Notes: generated from the letters alone by a model not told the origin. DNA of 64,000 nt from an uncultured Gemmatimonadales bacterium (GCA_963783385.1 CAWANJ010000003.1:353448-417447), one strand, 5' to 3'. Numbered from the stretch's first letter, positions 28,701-39,679 are shown. A program made the numbers and translations.

Positions 28701-30368
28701 TCACGGGAAGCACATACCGCGGCCGTCCGGTGGCAGGTCCGGCGGCCGCGCGGCCCGCACCCGCGCCGCATCCGCCGATCCCCGGCGGGCGAACACGGCG
28801 GCCAGCGTGTCCTGGTACACGCGCGGCCATCCGGGCGAGAGGCTCATGAGGTTGTAGACGGGTCGGTCGCGCGGGACCAGGGCCAGGTCGGCCGGCCCCA
28901 GCTCCAGGAACCGGTCCCAGTCGCCCACCCCTCCCAGCCAGTCCAGGTACTCCCGGTAGGCGAAGTCCGGGTACACGGTCTCGCGCCGGCCGTCCATCCC
29001 GACCTTCATGGCGGGCTCCAGCTTCCAGATCGCGTACTCGCCCCAGTTGAAGAACACGGCCAGGTTGCCCCGGGCCCCGCTCCTCTGCAGCAGCCCCACG
29101 GCGCGGGCCGGATAGTCGAGGCCTCCGCTCTGCGGTCCCATCTCAATGCAGCGGAACGACGGGATGGAGCGCGCGGCGGTCAGGACCCCCACCAGGCCCG
29201 CGAGCGCCGCCAGCCACGGGGCCGCCCTGCCGCCCGGCGTCGGGTGGCGCCGCTTGGGGCCGAGGACGGCGCCCAGGTCGGGGGCCAGGAGCACGCCCAG
29301 CGCCAGCCCGAACAGCGGCAGGTGCCGGACGGCGGTCAGGGGGAGGATGGCGACCACGCCCAGCACGGCCAGGAGCGCTGGCCGGGGGCGCCGCGGCGAG
29401 CTCCGCAGGATCCACGCGCCGCCGACTACGTAGGCCAGGTAGACGAGTCCGAGGCTCGAACGGATGGGGAGGGCCTTCCACTCCGAGATGTCGGGCCGTG
29501 GCACGGTGGCCGTCCGCAGGAGGAAGAGGGGGAGCCGCACGCCGTAGGGGTTGAGGAGGAGGGCGCCGGCGGCCGCCAGCGCGACCGCGATGGCCACGAG
29601 CGCCCCCGGGCGCGGTGCCTCCCGCCGCGGGCCCCTCCCGCCCCCGTCCGCCGCCGCGGCTCCCCCGTCCGCCGCCGCGGCTCCCCCGTCCGCGGCCCGG
29701 CGCCGGCGCCAGCTCCCCAGCAGCGCCAGCACCACCCGGGACGCGGCCCACACCACCAGGACCCCGAGCCCGGCGAGCACGCCGCCGTGCAGGTTCACCC
29801 ACACGGCGAACAGCGGCGGGAGGAGCCACAGCCACCCGGCGGCCCCGCCCCGCTCCGCGCGCTCGAGGATCAGCAGGGTGAGCACGAAGGCCAGGTAGGT
29901 GAACAGCTGGGGCCGGACGGTGCCGAGCCCGAGGAGCGCGGGGATCGCCAGGGCGACCAGCACGAGGCCGGCCCGCAGGGGCCCCAGGCCCGAGCGCCAC
30001 AGCCTCCGGTACACCAGGAGGAGGATGACGACCACGAACGCCGTCTTCAGGGCCACCAGGCCGGGCGTGTGGAGGCTGTCCCACACCTTCGAGAAGATGA
30101 CCTCGGACAGCCACTCGTGGTTGATCCAGGGATGGCCGAGGGTCAGGTATGAATACGGGTCGGCCAGGGTAACGCCGCCCAGGCGCCGGGTCAGCTCGCC
30201 GAACCGGATGTGGCCCCACAGGTCCGGATCTGCCATCGTGTCGGAGACGAGTCGAATCAGGATGCCGACGAGGAGCACGGCGATTCCGCCCCTCCACAGG
30301 CGGTCGCGCCGGTCCCCGGCGGCGCCATCCCCGGACGCTCCCTCGCTTGCGGGCGGTTCGGTGTGCAT
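28701..30368 (-). CDS. Polytopic membrane protein, GT-C-like glycosyltransferase
   Basis: DPDLWGH after the first TM, DPYSY, WINHEWLSE, VRPQLF, WVNLHGG, ISEW, MDGRRE; many TM segments. Confidence 0.6.
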   Translation of the reverse strand: MHTEPPASEGASGDGAAGDRRDRLWRGGIAVLLVGILIRLVSDTMADPDLWGHIRFGELTRRLGGVTLADPYSYLTLGHPWINHEWLSEVIFSKVWDSLHTPGLVALKTAFVVVILLLVYRRLWRSGLGPLRAGLVLVALAIPALLGLGTVRPQLFTYLAFVLTLLILERAERGGAAGWLWLLPPLFAVWVNLHGGVLAGLGVLVVWAASRVVLALLGSWRRRRAADGGAAAADGGAAAADGGGRGPRREAPRPGALVAIAVALAAAGALLLNPYGVRLPLFLLRTATVPRPDISEWKALPIRSSLGLVYLAYVVGGAWILRSSPRRPRPALLAVLGVVAILPLTAVRHLPLFGLALGVLLAPDLGAVLGPKRRHPTPGGRAAPWLAALAGLVGVLTAARSIPSFRCIEMGPQSGGLDYPARAVGLLQRSGARGNLAVFFNWGEYAIWKLEPAMKVGMDGRRETVYPDFAYREYLDWLGGVGDWDRFLELGPADLALVPRDRPVYNLMSLSPGWPRVYQDTLAAVFARRGSADAARVRAARPPDLPPDGRGMCFP

Positions 30369-30575
30369 GACGTGCCGGGGCTGGAGGAGGGACGGAAGGC
30401 CGTCGGGCCGGGGGCAGCGTGCACGCACGCTCCCAGGGGTGTTGCTTGCATGAAACAGGATCGACGCTCGATTTGCAAGCCCGGCCCGGACCCGTGCCAG
30501 CCGCGGGACGGCGCCGCAGATTGTAAGTAACAGTAAGATAGTCAGTTACAAGAGTGGCGTCCCGTGCCAATGGAG

Positions 30576-30591
30576 TGGCCCGGGAGTTGCA
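30576..30591 (+). promoter_or_regulatory. Putative sigma54 promoter for flp/tad
   Basis: TGGCCCGGGAGTTGCA, GG-N10-GC; AT-rich ttgtaa...ttacaa tract at 30521-30551. Confidence 0.6.
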
Positions 30592-30916
30592 AAGTTCAGG
30601 GGCCGCGTGGCGGATCATCAGCCGCGCGAGCGGGAGTGAGTGCGTCGGACGCGGCGTGCATCCCCGGTCGGGCACGAGGCCGGACCGGCCCGCTATAGGA
30701 GTCAAGATCCGCTCCGGGGCAGGAACCCCGGCCGTCCCAGGTACTTTTGCCCGCATCGACCGGCAGCCCCCCGTGTCCGCTCGTGGTCCATCCACGTGGC
30801 GGCGTGGGAAGGGACTCGGCGGAGCGAGGGACGACGGGTAGCGGAGGCCACGATGGCCGGACCGACCCGGCAGCGGACCACATTCCCTGGATGGCCTGCG
30901 TGGCCAGGAGGAGAGC

Positions 30917-31096
30917 ATGTCGCATCTCGTAAACGCCCTGTGGAACGACCAGTCGGGGCAGGACCTCGTGGAGTACGTCCTGATCATCGTGTTGATCGCG
31001 CTCGGCGTGGCCGTGGCGCTCACCGCGTTCAAGGGTGCGATCACCGGCGCGTTCAACAACGCGGCCAGCACGCTGAACTCGCAAGCGGGCACCTGA
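30917..31096 (+). CDS. flp: Flp type IVb pilin 1 (59 aa), not in the ORF track
   Basis: AGGAGG RBS; MSHLVNALWNDQSG/QDLVEYVLIIVLIALGVAVALTAF..., with the G/xxxxEY Flp motif. Confidence 0.93.
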   Translation: MSHLVNALWNDQSGQDLVEYVLIIVLIALGVAVALTAFKGAITGAFNNAASTLNSQAGT

Positions 31097-31262
31097 CGCG
31101 GGGAGTGTCGTGTCGGGCCAGGACGCCGCTCGTGGGAGCTCGGGCCTCGCGCCCGTCTCCCGCGGCGGCGGCCCGGCGCGATGTGCCGCCGATGCGGGAC
31201 CCGGCGCGGCCGGGACGCGCGGCGGCTCACAACGTCCGATCGGCTGAGAGGGGGAGCATCGC

Positions 31263-31442
31263 ATGAACCGTTTGGCCAGGGCCCTGTGGGATGACGCGCG
31301 CGGCCAGGATCTCGTGGAGTACGTCCTGATTATCGTCTTCATCGCGCTCGGCGTGGCGGCGGCGCTGATCGCCCTGCGCGGCTCGATCGTGGGCGTGTTC
31401 AACAGAACCGCGAGCACCTTCAGCGGGCAGGCGGGGGGCTGA
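31263..31442 (+). CDS. flp: Flp type IVb pilin 2 (59 aa), not in the ORF track
   Basis: MNRLARALWDDARG/QDLVEYVLIIVFIALGVAAALIAL... Confidence 0.92.
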   Translation: MNRLARALWDDARGQDLVEYVLIIVFIALGVAAALIALRGSIVGVFNRTASTFSGQAGG

Positions 31443-31450
31443 CGCCCCTC

Positions 31451-31981
31451 ATGCTGGCCTACCTGACGCTCGCTGCCCTGGTGGTTCTGGCGGCGGCGGC
31501 CGCGTGGTGGGACGTCCGGGAGCGACGCATCCCGAACGCCCTCACCGTGGCGGGCCTGGTGGCCGCGCTGCTGCTGCGCGCCCCGCTCGGGCTCGGCTCG
31601 GTGTGGGCCGGGCTGGCCGGAGCCGGCATCGCGCTCCTCCTGTCCCTGGTGCTGTTCCTGGCGGGGGGCATGGGGGGCGGCGACGTGAAGCTCCTGGCCG
31701 CGGTGGGCGCCTTCCTGGGGCCGGACCGGCTGTGGCCGGCGCTCCTGGTCATGGCGCTCACGGGCGGGGTCATGGCCGCGTGGGTCATCCTGCGGCGCGG
31801 GGCCATCCCGGAGACGACGGCCAACCTGAAGACGCTGTGGATCACCTTCGGACGCCGCACGTTCACCGGCTGGAAGGGGAGCGAGTCCGAGGCGGCCCTC
31901 ACGCTGGACACGCCGGGGGCGCTCACGGTGCCGTACGGAGTCGCGATCGCGGTGGGAGCGGTGGCGGCCTGGTTCCTGTGA
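31451..31981 (+). CDS. cpaA: Prepilin peptidase (A24, CpaA/TadV)
   Basis: WDVRERRIPN, GMGGGDVKL, VPYGVAI. Confidence 0.92.
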   Translation: MLAYLTLAALVVLAAAAAWWDVRERRIPNALTVAGLVAALLLRAPLGLGSVWAGLAGAGIALLLSLVLFLAGGMGGGDVKLLAAVGAFLGPDRLWPALLVMALTGGVMAAWVILRRGAIPETTANLKTLWITFGRRTFTGWKGSESEAALTLDTPGALTVPYGVAIAVGAVAAWFL

Positions 31982-31998
31982 TGATGCGGAGGCGGAGC

Positions 31999-32445
31999 AT
32001 GACGGCTCGGCGAGGTGGCGGGGTTAGGCGGCGCGACGGGGGACAGTCCCTCGTCGAGTTCGTGCTCGTGCTCCCGATCCTCCTGGTGATCATCTTCGGC
32101 ATCATCGAGTTCGCCAACGCGTGGCGCACCTCGCAGATCATCACCAACACGGCCCGGGAGGTGGCGCGCCAGTCCATCCTCCCGAGCTCCACCTACGCGC
32201 TGGCGCAGGACACGGCCGTGGCCCGGCTGAACGGCTCGGGCCTGGACGCGTCCAAGGCCACGATCACGCTGAACCTGTGCTCGCTGCCCAGCAACTGCGC
32301 GGGCAAGCCCGACGTCGTGACGATCGGATATCCCTACCAGTTCCAGTTCTTCGGGCCCGTGATGAACCTCATGTGCGGGTCGGCGTGCAGCTCGAAGTTC
32401 GGAACGATCAACCTGTCCTCCACCGCTACCATGCGGAACGAGTAG
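31999..32445 (+). CDS. tadE: TadE-like pseudopilin
   Basis: G/QSLVEFVLVLPILL..IFGIIEF, AREVAR, C-terminal MRNE. Confidence 0.9.
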   Translation: MTARRGGGVRRRDGGQSLVEFVLVLPILLVIIFGIIEFANAWRTSQIITNTAREVARQSILPSSTYALAQDTAVARLNGSGLDASKATITLNLCSLPSNCAGKPDVVTIGYPYQFQFFGPVMNLMCGSACSSKFGTINLSSTATMRNE

Positions 32446-32457
32446 GAGCCCGAGACC

Positions 32458-33312
32458 ATGCGCAATAGAGTCGGAATCATCCTGGTCCTCGCGCTCGTGG
32501 CCGGCGGCCTGGCCGCGTACCTCGCGGTCACCTTCCTCAAGGGGCCCGCCGGCTCGCAGTCCGAGCAGGCGCCAGCGACCGTCAAGGTCGCGGTGGCCAC
32601 CAAGGACCTGGCCGTGGGCGACGTGATCCAGCCCGAGGACGTCAAGCTGGTCTCGTGGCCCGCCGGAGCGGTGCCGCAGGGCTACGCGACGTCGGTGGAG
32701 GAGGTCCAGGGCCGCGGCGTCATCACCCCCGTGATGACCAACGAGCCCATGCTGGCCAGCAAGATGGCCGGCAAGGGGAGCGGCGGTGGCCTGGCGATCG
32801 CCATCCCCGAGGGCATGCGCGCCATGAGCGTGCGCGTGAACGACGTGATCGGGGTGGCGGGCTTCGTCCTGCCGGGCACCCACGTGGACGTGCTGGTCAC
32901 GCTCGACAAGGCGGAGACCGGCAGCGACGCGCACACGGAGATCCTGCTCCAGAACGTGGAGGTCAAGTCGGCCGGCACGGAGCTGCAGCAGGACCCCAAC
33001 GACCAGTCGAAGCCCAAGGCGGTGCCGGTGGTGACGCTGCTGGTCACCCCCAAGCAGGCCGAGAAGCTGACCCTGGCCGCCACGCAGGGGCAGCTGCAGC
33101 TCGCCCTGCGCAACACGCTGGACAAGGATACGGTGGTCACGGACGGGGTCCGCATGGCGAATCTGCTCCCGTCCTCGGTGAGAGCGAGGTATCGACCCGT
33201 GCGCACCGTGCGGTCTCGGCGGCCGCCATCGCGGGTCAACGTGGAGGTCTATCGCGGTAAGGACCGCTCCACCTCGACGGTCGATACTACGGTGACGGGA
33301 GGTGGCCGGTGA
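32458..33312 (+). CDS. cpaB: Flp pilus assembly protein CpaB/RcpC
   Basis: SAF domain (VAVATKDLAVG), IPEGMRAMSVRV..VIGVAGFVLPG..VDVL, VTLLVTP, LQLALRN. Confidence 0.93.
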   Translation: MRNRVGIILVLALVAGGLAAYLAVTFLKGPAGSQSEQAPATVKVAVATKDLAVGDVIQPEDVKLVSWPAGAVPQGYATSVEEVQGRGVITPVMTNEPMLASKMAGKGSGGGLAIAIPEGMRAMSVRVNDVIGVAGFVLPGTHVDVLVTLDKAETGSDAHTEILLQNVEVKSAGTELQQDPNDQSKPKAVPVVTLLVTPKQAEKLTLAATQGQLQLALRNTLDKDTVVTDGVRMANLLPSSVRARYRPVRTVRSRRPPSRVNVEVYRGKDRSTSTVDTTVTGGGR

Positions 33313-34763
33313 GCACGCGAACCCACGTCCGATCCACGGGAGGCCGGGCCACGCTCCGCCTCTCCGCCCTGAGCCTGGCCGCGGCCTCCGCGGCCCTGCT
33401 CGCGGCCTGGTCCCCTCGCGCCGCGGCGGCGCAGGCGGCGCCCGCGTCCGTGGCGGTCGCGCAGAGCTCCGGCGACCAGGTGCTGACGCTGGGCGTCGGC
33501 ACCTCGAAGGTGGTCGAATACTCCAGCACGCTGGCCCGGGTGTCGATCGGCGACCCGAACGTGGCCGACGCCGTCGTGGTCTCCGCCCGCGAGGTGGTGG
33601 TCAACGCCAAGAAGGTGGGGACGACCACGCTGCTGGCCTGGGACCAGGCCGGCGCGCGCCACCGCTACGAGGTGGACGTGACGGCCGACGCCGGGGGGCT
33701 GCAGCGCAACCTGGACCGCTACTTCCCGGGCTCGGGCATCACCGCCTCGGCTACGGGGAACGCGGTCGTCCTGTCCGGCACCGTCCCCAACCAGCGCGTC
33801 GTGGACAAGGCGCTCGAGGTCTCGAAGGAGTGGGCCGGCAAGGACGTGCCCATCGTGGACAACATCCAGGTCCCCGACCGCGGCCAGATCCTGCTCCAGG
33901 TCCGCTTCGCCGAGGTCAATCGCTCGGCGATGAAGAACCTGGGCGTCAACATCCTGCGCATGAACCCCAGCAATCCCCGCAGCGGCAACGAGATCGGCGT
34001 GGCCCCGGGCGGAGGGAGCTTCAGCGGCAACTACCTGGGCGGCTCGGGTCCCGACAAGACGTTCTCGGACGCGGTGGACTTCTACCTGTTCCACAGCGCC
34101 TCGCACCTGGCCGCGTTCATCCAGGCCCTCAAGCAGAAGGGGCTGTTCAAGAGCCTGGCCGAGCCCAACCTGATGGCGGTCCCGGGCGACACGGCCTCCT
34201 TCCTGGCCGGCGGGGAGTTCCCCTTCCCGGTGGTGCAGGGCGGCGGGGCCAGCAACGCGGTCACCATCCAGTTCCGCGAGTTCGGCATCCGGCTCAACTT
34301 CGTGCCCACGATCACCAACTCGGGTGCCATCCGCATGCACGTGGCTCCCGAGGTCTCCTCGCTGGACTTCTCCAACGGGCTCGAGATCTCCGGCTTCAAG
34401 ATCCCGACGATCCTGAGCCGCAAGGCGGCGACCACCATCGAGCTGGGCGACGGGCAGACCTTCGCGATCGCGGGGCTGCTGGACAACTCGCTCACCCATG
34501 ACGTCAACAAGGTGCCGATCCTGGGCGACATCCCGATCCTGGGCGCCCTGTTCCGGTCCGAGTCGGTGCGCGAGAACAAGAGCGAGCTCCTGGTCCTGGT
34601 GACGCCGCACATCGTGCAGCCCCTGGACGAGGCGCCGCCGGTGCCGACCGGGGAGCCCAACACGTGGGGGCTGGACAAGAAGGCGATCGGCGACTCGGCG
34701 CAGTCTGTCCTGCAGATGATGGGTCAGGGCGGGAAGAAGGGTCAGAAAGGCGGAAGCCGGTAA
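33309..34763 (+). CDS. cpaC: Tad secretin CpaC/RcpA
   Basis: QILLQVRFAEV, LAEPNL, ASFLAGGEFP, VPILGDIPILGALFRS, ELLVLVTP. Confidence 0.93.
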   Translation: MSTRTHVRSTGGRATLRLSALSLAAASAALLAAWSPRAAAAQAAPASVAVAQSSGDQVLTLGVGTSKVVEYSSTLARVSIGDPNVADAVVVSAREVVVNAKKVGTTTLLAWDQAGARHRYEVDVTADAGGLQRNLDRYFPGSGITASATGNAVVLSGTVPNQRVVDKALEVSKEWAGKDVPIVDNIQVPDRGQILLQVRFAEVNRSAMKNLGVNILRMNPSNPRSGNEIGVAPGGGSFSGNYLGGSGPDKTFSDAVDFYLFHSASHLAAFIQALKQKGLFKSLAEPNLMAVPGDTASFLAGGEFPFPVVQGGGASNAVTIQFREFGIRLNFVPTITNSGAIRMHVAPEVSSLDFSNGLEISGFKIPTILSRKAATTIELGDGQTFAIAGLLDNSLTHDVNKVPILGDIPILGALFRSESVRENKSELLVLVTPHIVQPLDEAPPVPTGEPNTWGLDKKAIGDSAQSVLQMMGQGGKKGQKGGSR

Positions 34764-34765
34764 CC

Positions 34766-35908
34766 ATGAGCGCGAGCGACGAGGGGCGGCGGGCCCCGCG
34801 GGGCCTGCCGCGTGACGAGCGGGGCGCCAGCCTGGCCATCGTGGCCATCGGCATGACGGTGTTCATCGGGATGGCGGCGCTGGCGGTGGACCTCGGGATG
34901 CTGTTCACGGCCCGCAGCCAGGCCCAGCGGACCGCCGACGCGGCGGCTCTGGCCGGGGCCACGGTGCTGGCCACGACGCCCGGGGCCAGGAGCGACGCGA
35001 GAGCGGCGGCCATCGACATCGCCTCCAGGAACGACGTGATGGGGACGGCCGTGGTCGTCCAGGCCGGCGACGTGACCTTCCCGCAGGACGACAAGGTGCG
35101 CGTGTGGGTGTACCGGACCGCGGCGCGCGGCGACCCCGTGAACACGATCTTCGCGCGCATCCTCGGGATCAACTCGGTGGACGTGTCCGCCAGGGCGGCC
35201 GCGCAGGTGTTCCCGGCCAGCAGGGTGGACTGCGTGCTGCCGATCATGCTCCCCGACCAGTGGATCGACAACGGGGGGAGCCCGAACGCGTACGACCCGG
35301 GGGTCGACCAGTACATCCCGTACGACCCGAACAACCCGGACGCGCCGCACACGGCCTATGACGAGAACGACTACGGCAAGCAGGTCGTGATCCGGGGGTT
35401 CCAGAACCCGGGGGCCGCCAACCCGAGCTGGTACTACCCGTTCGCGCAGCCCGGGATGGCGGGCGCCAACGACTACCGGAACGGGATCATGGGCCGCTTC
35501 TGCGGCGGCTCGAACAGCCCGATCTACTCGATCGGCGACTGGGTGAACACGGAGCCGGGCGCCATGACGGGGCCCACCAAGCAGGGCTTCCGGGACCTGA
35601 TCAACCAGGACCCGTCGGCCTACTGGGATCCATCGGGCGCGGAGGGCAGGGGCTGCGTCGCGCACCCCGGGGAGGGATGCGGCTCGAGTCCGCGGGTCCG
35701 GCCCATCCCAATGTTCGATCCGACCAAGGAGCCGGACCCGGGGCGCAAGCCCCTGCAGATCATGAACTTCGCCGGTCTGTTCGTGGAGAGCATCAACGGA
35801 AACAACATCGTGGGCCGCTTCCTGGGCTTCACGGGCGTGGACGCGGGGCCGGCGCCGGGCAGCGGCTCGGTGGGCGGTCTGATCAACACGATCAAGCTGG
35901 TGGAGTGA
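34766..35908 (+). CDS. tadG: TadG-like pilus protein
   Basis: ERGASL.., AALAVDLG, AQRTADAAALAGA Tad N-terminal motif. Confidence 0.85.
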   Translation: MSASDEGRRAPRGLPRDERGASLAIVAIGMTVFIGMAALAVDLGMLFTARSQAQRTADAAALAGATVLATTPGARSDARAAAIDIASRNDVMGTAVVVQAGDVTFPQDDKVRVWVYRTAARGDPVNTIFARILGINSVDVSARAAAQVFPASRVDCVLPIMLPDQWIDNGGSPNAYDPGVDQYIPYDPNNPDAPHTAYDENDYGKQVVIRGFQNPGAANPSWYYPFAQPGMAGANDYRNGIMGRFCGGSNSPIYSIGDWVNTEPGAMTGPTKQGFRDLINQDPSAYWDPSGAEGRGCVAHPGEGCGSSPRVRPIPMFDPTKEPDPGRKPLQIMNFAGLFVESINGNNIVGRFLGFTGVDAGPAPGSGSVGGLINTIKLVE

Positions 35909-35971
35909 AGGGCCGGACTCCGAGCCCGGACCGATAGCGGACGACGACGCGGACGAGAGCCTCCAGGAGAC

Positions 35972-37279
35972 ATGGTGAACGATAGGGAGCGAACGACGAG
36001 CGGCGGGGACACGCGCTCCGTGCAGGCGGCCGTCATCTCGACGGACCCGGCCTGCCTGGAGGCCGTGCGCGCGGCGCTGGCCGAGGCCCAGGACGTGGAG
36101 CTGGGGCTGGAGCTGAGCGTGCCCTTCACGGAGATCGCCGACCCCCAGCTGGACCGGCTGCGCCGGCTGGAGCCGGCCGTGGTGCTCCTGGACCTGGAGT
36201 CCGATCCGCGCGTGGGGCTCAAGTTCGCGCAGTTCCTCCTGGACGAGGGCTACACGCAGGCCATGATCGGGGCGGGGGCCGACCTGTCGCCCGAGCTGCT
36301 GCTGGCCGCCATGCAGGCGGGCATCGTGGAGTTCCTGCCCAAGCCCCTCAGCCCGGAGGACTTGCGGGAGGCGCTGGACCGACTGTGGCGGAAGACGGGC
36401 CGCAAGTCGCGCGACGACCTCGAGCACGAGCCCGGCCGGGTGCTGTCGGTGTTCGGGGCCAAGGGCGGCGCGGGCTCGACCAGCTTCGCCACCAACCTGG
36501 CCGTGGAGGTCCACCGGCTCTCCCGGCGCAAGACGCTGCTGGTGGACCTGGACCTGGAGCTGGGCGAGACGGCCCTCCTCCTGGGCATGGAGCCGCGGTT
36601 CAGCATCGTGGACCTGGTGCGCAACTTCCACCGCGTGGACGGCGGTCTGCTGGCCTCCTACATCGAGCGCCACGAGTCGGGCGTGGAGCTGCTGTCGGCC
36701 CCCTACCAGCCCACCGACCCCGAGGAGGTGAGCCCGGACCGGGTCGCCAAGATCCTGGACTTTCTGCGGGACCGTTACGACTACATCGTGGTGGACACCC
36801 CCAAGACGTTCAGCCCCGTGGCGCTGACGGGGATCGAGGAGTCCAGCGAGCTCTACCTGCTGACCACGGCCGACCTCCAGTCGCTGCGCAACGTGACCCG
36901 CTGCCTCCCCCTCCTGCGCCAGATCGCCGAGCGCAAGGAGAAGGGGTGGCTCAAGCTGGTGGTGAACCGCTACGACTCGCGCCAGCTCATCTCGCTGGAC
37001 GAAGTCGAGAAGACGCTGGGCATGGAGGTGTTCGCCACCCTGCGCAACGACTACAGGGCCGTGATGGAATCGATCAACGAGGGTCGCCCGTCCGTCATGG
37101 ACGGCAAGTCTCCCTACGCCCAGGACATCCGGGCCATCGCGGCCCGCATCGTGGGCGTGGCGCCCGGCGACGCGGACGACCGGGGGGGATTGTTCTCCCG
37201 CTTCCTCGGAGCGATACGGGGGGGGCAGGAATCCGCCCTGCGCGATTCACCCGAGCACACCGTGAGGGCCCGTGGTTGA
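35972..37279 (+). CDS. cpaE: CpaE/TadZ (receiver-like plus MinD-like ATPase)
   Basis: GAKGGAGST deviant Walker [17 protein letters not shown]. Confidence 0.9.
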   Translation: MVNDRERTTSGGDTRSVQAAVISTDPACLEAVRAALAEAQDVELGLELSVPFTEIADPQLDRLRRLEPAVVLLDLESDPRVGLKFAQFLLDEGYTQAMIGAGADLSPELLLAAMQAGIVEFLPKPLSPEDLREALDRLWRKTGRKSRDDLEHEPGRVLSVFGAKGGAGSTSFATNLAVEVHRLSRRKTLLVDLDLELGETALLLGMEPRFSIVDLVRNFHRVDGGLLASYIERHESGVELLSAPYQPTDPEEVSPDRVAKILDFLRDRYDYIVVDTPKTFSPVALTGIEESSELYLLTTADLQSLRNVTRCLPLLRQIAERKEKGWLKLVVNRYDSRQLISLDEVEKTLGMEVFATLRNDYRAVMESINEGRPSVMDGKSPYAQDIRAIAARIVGVAPGDADDRGGLFSRFLGAIRGGQESALRDSPEHTVRARG

Positions 37280-38696
37280 ATTCCCGAAGGACTCGGAGCG
37301 GAGCCGCACGTCGCGCTCCTCGCCCTCCCGGCCCCCGGCGTGGGAGCGGGACGGGCGCGCCGACGCGGACCGCCGTGGGGACCAGGAGGAGGCCGCCGAG
37401 CTGAACCCCCTGTTCCAGGACATCAAGACGCGGGTTCACCGGCAGCTCCTGGAGCGGCTCAACCTCTCCAACCTGAGCGACCGGAACCGGGACGAGGCCA
37501 TGTCGGAGACGCGGGCCATCGTCCGCAGCCTCCTGGCCGCCGAGAACACGCCGCTCAACCTGGAGGAGCGCGAGCGGCTGGTCGACCAGATCCTCGACGA
37601 GGTGTTCGGCCTGGGGCCGCTGGAGCCCCTGGTCCGCGACCCCACGATCTCGGACATCCTGGTCAACACCTACGACCAGGTGTACATCGAGCGCGACGGG
37701 AAGCTGGTGGTCACCGACGTCACCTTCCGAGACAACCGCCACCTGCTCCAGGTCATCGACCGGATCGTGTCCGCCGTGGGCCGGCGCATCGACGACGCCT
37801 CCCCGATGGTGGACGCCCGCCTGCCCGACGGCTCGCGCGTGAACGCCATCATCCCGCCGCTGGCCGTGGACGGACCGCACCTGTCCATCCGTAAGTTCCG
37901 GGCGGACGTCCTCTCCGAGGAGGACCTCCTCCGGAACGGCACCCTGACCGAGCCCATGATGGAGGTGCTGCGCGCCTGCGTGAAGGCGCGCCTCAACATC
38001 CTCATCTCGGGCGGCACGGGCGCCGGTAAGACGACCCTGCTCAACGTGCTGTCCTCCTCCATCCCGCACACCGAGCGCATCGTCACCATCGAGGACTCGG
38101 CCGAGCTCCAGCTCCGCCAGCCGCACGTGGTGCGGCTCGAGACGCGCCCGCCCAACATCGAGGGCAAGGGCGAGGTCCCCCAGCGACAGCTGGTGATCAA
38201 CGCCCTGCGCATGCGCCCCGACCGCATCATCGTCGGCGAGGTCCGCGGCGCCGAGGCGGTGGACATGCTGCAGGCCATGAACACGGGCCACGACGGCTCG
38301 CTCACCACCCTGCACGCCAACAGCCCGCGCGACGCCCTGGCCCGCCTCGAGACGATGATCTCCATGGCCAGCCTCAACCTGCCCGAGAAGGGCATGCACC
38401 AGCAGATCGCCAGCGCCATCGACGTGGTGATCCAGCTGGCCCGCCTCTCGGACGGGAGCCGCCGCGTGATTACCATCGCCGAGATCGTGGGCATGGAGGG
38501 CGAAGTCATCACCATGCAGGACCTGTTCGTGTTCGACCGCGAGGGCGTGGATCCGGACGGCAACGTCCGCGGTCACTTCCACCCGACCGGCATCCGGCCC
38601 AAGTTCGCCGAGCAGCTCAAGGCCTACGGCCTCGACCTGTCCGAGACGCTGCTGGCCGAGCAGCCCGAGTCCCGGGCGAGGAGCGCCCGGCGGTGA
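37272..38696 (+). CDS. cpaF: Tad assembly ATPase CpaF/TadA
   Basis: [59 protein letters not shown]. Confidence 0.95.
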   Translation: MVEFPKDSERSRTSRSSPSRPPAWERDGRADADRRGDQEEAAELNPLFQDIKTRVHRQLLERLNLSNLSDRNRDEAMSETRAIVRSLLAAENTPLNLEERERLVDQILDEVFGLGPLEPLVRDPTISDILVNTYDQVYIERDGKLVVTDVTFRDNRHLLQVIDRIVSAVGRRIDDASPMVDARLPDGSRVNAIIPPLAVDGPHLSIRKFRADVLSEEDLLRNGTLTEPMMEVLRACVKARLNILISGGTGAGKTTLLNVLSSSIPHTERIVTIEDSAELQLRQPHVVRLETRPPNIEGKGEVPQRQLVINALRMRPDRIIVGEVRGAEAVDMLQAMNTGHDGSLTTLHANSPRDALARLETMISMASLNLPEKGMHQQIASAIDVVIQLARLSDGSRRVITIAEIVGMEGEVITMQDLFVFDREGVDPDGNVRGHFHPTGIRPKFAEQLKAYGLDLSETLLAEQPESRARSARR

Positions 38697-39679
38697 GCGC
38701 CTTCCTGGAGTCCCGCCTGGGCGTGGCCCTGGTGGCGTTCGTGGCCACCGGGCTGGGCGTCACCGCGGTGGTCCTCCTGTGGGAGAGCATCCGCGGGCTG
38801 GCGCACCGGCTGCGGGTGCGCTCCCAGCTCGAACGGCTGCGAAGCAGCCAGGCGAAGCCGGGTCAGACCGCGGGCCTGCTGCGCGAAGAGCGGGCCACGC
38901 TCGAATGGCTGGAGCCCATCCTCCTTCGGCTCCCGCACCGCCGCGATCTGGAGAACCTGCTCCGCCAGGCCGACGTGGAGTGGGCCGTGGGCACGCTCCT
39001 GCTCCTGAGCGCGGGCTCGGGGTTCGCGTGGTGGGTGTTCATGATCCTGTTCACCGGGGACGGCATCTGGGCGATCCTGGCGGCCGCCTTCGGGGCCCTG
39101 CTCCCGTGGCTGTACCTGCGGCGGCGCAAGCGCAAGCGCATGCGGGAGTTCGAGGAGCGCTTCGCGGAGGCGATCGACCTGCTGGGTCGCTCGATCCGGG
39201 CCGGGCACGCCTTCCAGACGGGCCTCCAGACCATCGCGGACGAGAGCCCCGAGCCGGTGGCCGGCGAGTTCCGGCAGGTGTTCGAGGAGCAGAAGTTCGG
39301 GCTGCCCCTGCGCGAGTCCCTCATGGGGCTGGCCGACCGGGTCGACCTGGTGGACGTGCGCATGTTCGTGACCGCGGTGCTCATCCAGCGCGAGTCCGGC
39401 GGCAACCTGGCCGAGAACCTGGACAACCTGTCCACCATCATCCGCGAGCGCTTCAAGTTCCGGCGGACGCTGCGGACGCACACGGCCCAGGGCCGCATGA
39501 CCGGCTACGTGCTGGCCCTGGCGCCCCTGGCGGCCGGCGTGGGCATGTACCTGCTGAACCCCTCCTACGAGGGCGTTCTGATCACCGAGCCAATGGGGCG
39601 GCTGATGCTGTTCGGAGCGGCGGTGATGCAGATCATCGGGTTCCTGTTCATTCGCCGCATCGTCAATATCGAGTTCTGA
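38693..39679 (+). CDS. tadB: TadB inner-membrane platform protein
   Basis: [26 protein letters not shown]. Confidence 0.92.
   Translation: MSAFLESRLGVALVAFVATGLGVTAVVLLWESIRGLAHRLRVRSQLERLRSSQAKPGQTAGLLREERATLEWLEPILLRLPHRRDLENLLRQADVEWAVGTLLLLSAGSGFAWWVFMILFTGDGIWAILAAAFGALLPWLYLRRRKRKRMREFEERFAEAIDLLGRSIRAGHAFQTGLQTIADESPEPVAGEFRQVFEEQKFGLPLRESLMGLADRVDLVDVRMFVTAVLIQRESGGNLAENLDNLSTIIRERFKFRRTLRTHTAQGRMTGYVLALAPLAAGVGMYLLNPSYEGVLITEPMGRLMLFGAAVMQIIGFLFIRRIVNIEF

Noticed and set aside
29641-29695. 21-bp tandem repeat in the GT-C-like gene
   Set aside because: In-frame DGGAAAA linker expansion; it does not shift the frame, so it is not an on/off phase-variation tract.
30780-30900. c-di-GMP riboswitch upstream of flp
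   Set aside because: Could not match the class I or class II consensus by eye; an Rfam scan would be needed.
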